Shown one piece after another: positions 59,776 through 64,000 of a DNA stretch of 64,000 bases; positions within the stretch are counted from its first letter, which is position 1; each line of letters starts with the position of its first letter. The stretch spans positions 9,292 through 73,291 of the forward strand of contig JBJLBX010000018.1 in NCBI GenBank assembly GCA_045567955.1, given 5' to 3'. The DNA comes from Candidatus Poseidoniales archaeon (GTDB lineage Archaea; Thermoplasmatota; Poseidoniia; MGIII; CG-Epi1). The position numbers and the translations under genes are program-made. Below the pieces are notes generated by a model. That model worked only from the letters and a program-made list of their open reading frames with translations. It did no database searches and had not been told where the DNA came from.

Positions 59776-60308
59776 ATTAGTAAAAAATTAGATATTATTT
59801 TCTCATTCCTAACTTCGGGATGAAAAGAAATACCAAATATATTTTTACTATTATGTTTAACAACCTGAAAACTAGTTTCACTTCTTGCTAATACTGAGAA
59901 ATTTTCTAATTTAGAAACTGAATTATTGTGTATGTTATATGCCTGAAAGACATCCTTACAAAGAGGGTTTTCTTTTATTGTTTTAACTTCTGTCATACCT
60001 ATCTCTATATTTTCAATTATTTCACTATTAAAAATAGAGCATACTATGTGCATTCCTGAACATATTCCAAGAATAGAACCTTGGAAATCATAAAAAAGTT
60101 TCCTGAAAATATCTAGGTCTTCAATATATGAATTATCTTTCAAAGAAGTTCCACAAATTATTATTTTGTCAAATTCGGAAATTTTACTAAGTGTACATTG
60201 TGTATAATGTAATATCTCATGATTATCTTCAATGACTTGAGAAATTGGAAGGATAAATTCTCTCTCACTTAATTTATTTTTACAAGTTGAAATCAAAAGT
60301 GTACTCAT
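59772..60308 (-). CDS. class I glutamine amidotransferase (GuaA-subunit-A-like)
   Basis: 178 aa; nucleophile elbow GICSGMH, FHPEV His/Glu motif. Start overlaps the Dph6-like stop by 4 nt. Confidence 0.75.
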   Translation of the reverse strand: MSTLLISTCKNKLSEREFILPISQVIEDNHEILHYTQCTLSKISEFDKIIICGTSLKDNSYIEDLDIFRKLFYDFQGSILGICSGMHIVCSIFNSEIIENIEIGMTEVKTIKENPLCKDVFQAYNIHNNSVSKLENFSVLARSETSFQVVKHNSKNIFGISFHPEVRNEKIISNFLLI

Positions 60309-60979
60309 TCCAAAAAAGCCTCCTGAATTTCTAGACGTCCCGAATAATTAGAATAATGTTTTTGTGCTTTAGCAACAGATATTGATTTAGTAAATAAAGG
60401 TGCATTGACCACAAAAGATTCAATTTCACCTCCTTCGCCTGCTGGGTTTATTCTATGGCTCGATTCTAATTTTACTAAATCACCTATGCATTCTGGATCA
60501 ATAGGACGACCTAGCCAAGAATCATCGAACGGCTCTGCGGCAACTCCAGTTATAATTGATTCTATATTATTAGATAATAATTCTTGAAGAAGACCTCTTT
60601 GGGGCATTTGCCATAATGGATTAAAACACCATAAATCTAATTCATTACAAATTTTTTGAATTCTTGTAGATTGGTAAACTGATGCAAGAGCTCCTGTAAC
60701 AATTCCCTCTATTGAATATTTAGAAATTGCTGATTCAAATATCGTTCTTAAATCTTCCAATTCTTCTTCTTTGACACCACTTGTTTTCTTAGTAAGATGA
60801 TTGAACCCCATAGCTTCAGCCTGAAGCTTTGTCCACTCTATTGCAGGTGTATGAAACATCCAACTATCTTCTTTTTTTGATTCTAATGTTAAAAGGCACG
60901 TAATTTCATGCTCTTTTGAAGCATACTGAAGTGCAAGATATGAATCTTTACCTCCAGAAAATAAAACTGCTAACTTCAT
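60305..60979 (-). CDS. MJ0570-family PP-loop ATP pyrophosphatase (diphthine-ammonia ligase Dph6-like)
   Basis: 224 aa; MKLAVLFSGGKDS PP-loop, EGIVTGALAS, AGEGGEIESFV; collinear with archaeal MJ0570/Dph6. Confidence 0.8.
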   Translation of the reverse strand: MKLAVLFSGGKDSYLALQYASKEHEITCLLTLESKKEDSWMFHTPAIEWTKLQAEAMGFNHLTKKTSGVKEEELEDLRTIFESAISKYSIEGIVTGALASVYQSTRIQKICNELDLWCFNPLWQMPQRGLLQELLSNNIESIITGVAAEPFDDSWLGRPIDPECIGDLVKLESSHRINPAGEGGEIESFVVNAPLFTKSISVAKAQKHYSNYSGRLEIQEAFLE

Positions 60980-61566
60980 CTACGTTTCCTTTTAGCAATC
61001 AAGTAAACTTCACTAGATTGTTTTCTAGAAGCTTCAGGAGAAAGTGTTCGTACTGAACCAAACTCAGCTTTGACCGCTTTACGGAATTCTTGAAAATCAG
61101 AACCTTCAAAAACTTTGACTACGAAAGATTGGGCATTTCTTTCTGCGGCAATTTCGAGAGCTAAAGAAGATAACTCAACTGAACGTGCTTGATCTATTGA
61201 GTAAGTACCTGATAAATTAGGACTCATATCAGATATTACAACGTCTGCCTTAGGAATTAACTTTTGTAATTCTTCTCTAATATCCTTATCTCGAAGATCT
61301 CCTTGAATAAATGTAGCTCCTTTAAGAGGTAAAATATGCTGAAGGTCAACCCCAACAAGTTTACCCTCTTCTTCCATGAATTCTAAAGCTACTTGTGACC
61401 AACCGCCCGGTGCAGCACCCAAATCTAAAACAATACTACCTTTCTTGAAAATTTTACTTCGCTTTTGAATATCCATTAATTTGTATGCAGAACGTGCTCG
61501 ATATCCTTCTCGTCTAGCTTTTCTCTGAAAGGCATCACTACGGCCTTGTCGACCTTGTCCAGGCAT
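60976..61566 (-). CDS. rlmE: 23S rRNA (uridine-2'-O)-methyltransferase RlmE/FtsJ
   Basis: 196 aa; RSAYKLMDIQKRSKIFKKGSIVLDLGAAPGGWSQV, DLQHILPLKGATFIQGD, VVISDMSPNLSG. Confidence 0.9.
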   Translation of the reverse strand: MPGQGRQGRSDAFQRKARREGYRARSAYKLMDIQKRSKIFKKGSIVLDLGAAPGGWSQVALEFMEEEGKLVGVDLQHILPLKGATFIQGDLRDKDIREELQKLIPKADVVISDMSPNLSGTYSIDQARSVELSSLALEIAAERNAQSFVVKVFEGSDFQEFRKAVKAEFGSVRTLSPEASRKQSSEVYLIAKRKRR

Positions 61567-62619
61567 CTATCCTCCAGCCTTCTTGAGTGCCCACTCTGCA
61601 GCTTGACATATATTTCGATCTGCTCCGGTTTTAGTTCTATTACGTATTATTTCTAAATGTGGTTTTACTAAAGCTGGTTTGTTAGAAGCAATATATCCTA
61701 ATGCCTTAACAACTTCAACATGAATATACCAATCATCATTCTTTAGAGCTTTAGCCAACCTAGGAACTGCATGATAAACTACCATTGCATTCTTACTTCC
61801 TATTCTTCCAATTGCTTTTGATGAAGCCTTTCTAAGCTCAGAAGACTTACTTTCAATACCTTTGATTAAACCTGGAACGGCTGGTTTCATTGCATCGGGA
61901 TTTGAAAGTCCAAGAATTCCAATACAGTCTGCAGCTCTTTCTTTCAAACGTTCACCTGAATTAAATGCTTTTATTACTTCTGGAGCTAAAGATGCTGAAG
62001 GTCCGGGATATTTCTTAGCAAAATCTGTCAAAATCACTATTGAGTGGTAAACAACTCTCCAATCATCATCACTTAGAGCTTTTTTTAATTCAGGTAATGC
62101 TGCCTTGGGAACTGTATTCAATATTTTCATTAATGACTCTTGAGTTTGATATCTTACATCTTTATCCTCATCACTTAATATTTCAAATAAATCTGCGATA
62201 GTGTCACTCTTTTTAGCATCAGATTTAAGTGAAAAACGAGTCCAAATTTCTACTACTTTACTACGTACATTTGGATAGGGGCTATCGAATGTTTGCTGCA
62301 TTGCATCAAAAATTTCCTTATCTTTAGACGGCCTATGTTTACGTAATTCCATTAAACCATCAATAATTGCTTCTTGGGTAGTACCTGGTTGCTTTGGAAG
62401 AACTCTTGTAAAAGAATTTATTATGGGATCTAACCATTTCTCATCAATTTGAGACTGAATTACAAGAGCCTTAACTGCAGCAGTTCTTGCTATTTCAGAA
62501 CCACTTTCCATTTCCACTAAATTCTTTTCTATTTTTTTATCAGGTGAACTGCCGCTGACATCTTCTGTCCATTGACTTACACTTTCCCTAAAATTCTGGA
62601 AACTATCTCTTAAACCCAC
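61567..62619 (-). CDS. HEAT-repeat (PBS-lyase-type) protein
   Basis: 350 aa; repeated D(D)xxVR/xxAxxALGxI-like helical pairs (DDWRVVYHSIVILTD, DDWYIHVEVVKALGYIA, YPNVRSKVVEIWTRF). Confidence 0.7.
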   Translation of the reverse strand: MGLRDSFQNFRESVSQWTEDVSGSSPDKKIEKNLVEMESGSEIARTAAVKALVIQSQIDEKWLDPIINSFTRVLPKQPGTTQEAIIDGLMELRKHRPSKDKEIFDAMQQTFDSPYPNVRSKVVEIWTRFSLKSDAKKSDTIADLFEILSDEDKDVRYQTQESLMKILNTVPKAALPELKKALSDDDWRVVYHSIVILTDFAKKYPGPSASLAPEVIKAFNSGERLKERAADCIGILGLSNPDAMKPAVPGLIKGIESKSSELRKASSKAIGRIGSKNAMVVYHAVPRLAKALKNDDWYIHVEVVKALGYIASNKPALVKPHLEIIRNRTKTGADRNICQAAEWALKKAGG

Positions 62620-62669
62620 AAAAACCTTAGGGGATGTATAGTAATAAACCTCCGCTTGAATGAAGGAAT

Positions 62670-63935
62670 ATGCCTACATCGGCGGAAAAGTTTATTCAAG
62701 ACAACGGAGCTGAAGTTCACGATAAAGTTAGAATCGAAACTAAAGCCCTAACTTACGAAGGTTTGATTCTACCTAAACACAAGTTTTCAGGAGACCATAT
62801 AATCATGATTAAACTTGATAATGGGTATAATATTGGTATTTCTATCAAAGAAGCGAAAATGACTATATTATCTAAAGCAAAGAAAACAGACCATAGCCCA
62901 GATAAAAGAGTTAAAAATGATAAGTTGAAAAATATATCTATTCTAGGTACTGGGGGAACTATTGCATCATTTGTAGATTACAAAACGGGAGCTGTTAGTC
63001 CTGCTATTACTACTGAACAATTAGTCAATTCAGTTAAATCTTTAGATGATATCGCTAACATAAATGCAGTACCTCTATTTTCATTAGCTTCAGAGGATAT
63101 GAATCCATCTCATTGGGAAGATATTGCAAAGAAAGTAAAAGAAATTCATGATCGTGAGAATCACGGTGTAGTTATAGGTCATGGGACTGATACTATGGCT
63201 TATTCTGCAGCTGCTTTATCGTTCCAACTACCTGAAATTGCATATCCTGTAGTTTTTACAGGATCTCAAAGAAGTCCTGATAGACCATCAAGTGATGCGC
63301 ACCTAAATCTAGTAGGTGCTGCAAAAACTGCGATGAGTGATTTAGGCGAAATTTGCATAGCTATGCATGAAACTACTAATGATCAAAATATTGCAATATG
63401 GAGAGGCAATAGAACAAGAAAAAGCCATACTTCTAAAAGAGATGCATTTACTTCACCAAATGACATGCCATTAGGTGTTGTTAGTGATGTTATTGAATGG
63501 AAACAAAAATACAAACCAACTAGTAAAAAAACAACTTTAAAAGCTGGATTTGATGATAATATTGGAATGGTATGGTCACATCCTGGGCTTAATGAAGAAG
63601 ATTGGCAAAAATTAACTTCGGGCAAAAATGGAATAATAATTGCAGGGACGGGGTTAGGGCACATAAAATCTGAACTATTGGATGCCGTAGGTAAAACTGC
63701 TTTGGATATTCCCGTAGCTATGAGTAGTCAATGTCTTTCTGGAACTACAAACTTGAATGTTTATAGAAACGGTAGAGAATTAATCGAAAAAGGTGTTATC
63801 GAAACCTATGATATTCTTCCGGAAACTGCTCTTGTAAAAATGATGTGGCTATCCAAACACAAACCAAATGAAGTACGGGAACTTATGGGTGAAAATTTAG
63901 TAGGAGAAATCTCTAATTCAAGAAAAATGAATTAA
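62670..63935 (+). CDS. gatD: Glu-tRNA(Gln) amidotransferase subunit D
   Basis: 421 aa; asparaginase-like ISILGTGGTIAS and HGTDTMAYSAAALSF motifs, archaeal GatD N-domain. Confidence 0.9.
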   Translation: MPTSAEKFIQDNGAEVHDKVRIETKALTYEGLILPKHKFSGDHIIMIKLDNGYNIGISIKEAKMTILSKAKKTDHSPDKRVKNDKLKNISILGTGGTIASFVDYKTGAVSPAITTEQLVNSVKSLDDIANINAVPLFSLASEDMNPSHWEDIAKKVKEIHDRENHGVVIGHGTDTMAYSAAALSFQLPEIAYPVVFTGSQRSPDRPSSDAHLNLVGAAKTAMSDLGEICIAMHETTNDQNIAIWRGNRTRKSHTSKRDAFTSPNDMPLGVVSDVIEWKQKYKPTSKKTTLKAGFDDNIGMVWSHPGLNEEDWQKLTSGKNGIIIAGTGLGHIKSELLDAVGKTALDIPVAMSSQCLSGTTNLNVYRNGRELIEKGVIETYDILPETALVKMMWLSKHKPNEVRELMGENLVGEISNSRKMN

Positions 63936-64000
63936 GGAAATCTCTTTAGACTGCACTTTTAATAATGAAACATGATTAATCCTCAATTTGAGAAATTAGC

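Noticed and set aside
61567-62619. HEAT-repeat protein as a candidate archaeal deoxyhypusine hydroxylase (DOHH is a HEAT-repeat di-iron enzyme and dys is in this window)
   Set aside because: None of the repeats carries the paired His-Glu metal-binding motifs diagnostic of DOHH; treated as a generic HEAT scaffold.
63973-64000. Possible start of a downstream gene (ATG ATT AAT CCT CAA TTT GAG AAA TTA)
   Set aside because: Only 9 codons lie in the window; it cannot be identified, and does not resemble a GatE N-terminus.

Overview
AT-rich (roughly one-third GC by eye) archaeal chromosomal segment, densely packed: about 60 protein genes, 2 tRNAs, almost no intergenic space. No CRISPR array, integrase, transposase or recognisable defence system was seen. 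Archaeal information-processing genes (aIF6, aIF2-beta, L31e/L39e/S19e, GatD, Topo VI B, fibrillarin, Cgi121, Dph6, TrmY) sit beside bacterial-type genes (gyrA and gyrB unlinked, topA, a full-length Lhr with its C-terminal domain). There are also acidic PKD-domain surface lipoproteins with signal peptides. This combination suggests a marine planktonic euryarchaeote of the Marine Group II / Thermoplasmatota kind; that is inference, not shown. Window start: partial myo-inositol-1-phosphate synthase, a DDAH-like gene coupled to deoxyhypusine synthase, gyrA, a ribosomal-protein/aIF6 operon. Then a long minus-strand operon (topA, helicase-only Hef, Tpt1, purH, Zn-ribbon protein, membrane protein), alaS, and an OPT transporter. 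A plus-strand metabolic run follows: TrmY, UbiA, sugar nucleotidyltransferase, MBL hydrolase, AT-rich DHCR24-like FAD oxidoreductase, thiamine pyrophosphokinase, a ThiR-like regulator with an SSS transporter, aminotransferases, nucleotide-sugar dehydrogenase, NSUN methylase, orphan top6B, fibrillarin. Then tRNA-Thr, a 1778-aa Lhr helicase, TatD, an acidic surface protein, tRNA-Gly, PKD lipoproteins bracketing a single-repeat TBP-like ORF, GT2 and aIF2-beta, TraB, a second UbiA, gyrB, peroxiredoxin, DegT, a compact aquaporin, and Cgi121. Window end: a tightly coupled GATase-Dph6-RlmE-HEAT operon and gatD. The most unusual items are the GATase coupled to a Dph6-like PP-loop ATPase, the guanidino-hydrolase-like gene coupled to DHS, the Zn ribbon on the GyrA C-terminus, the bacterial-type Lhr with CTD, the orphan Top6B, the half-TBP ORF, and the low-GC DHCR24-like gene.
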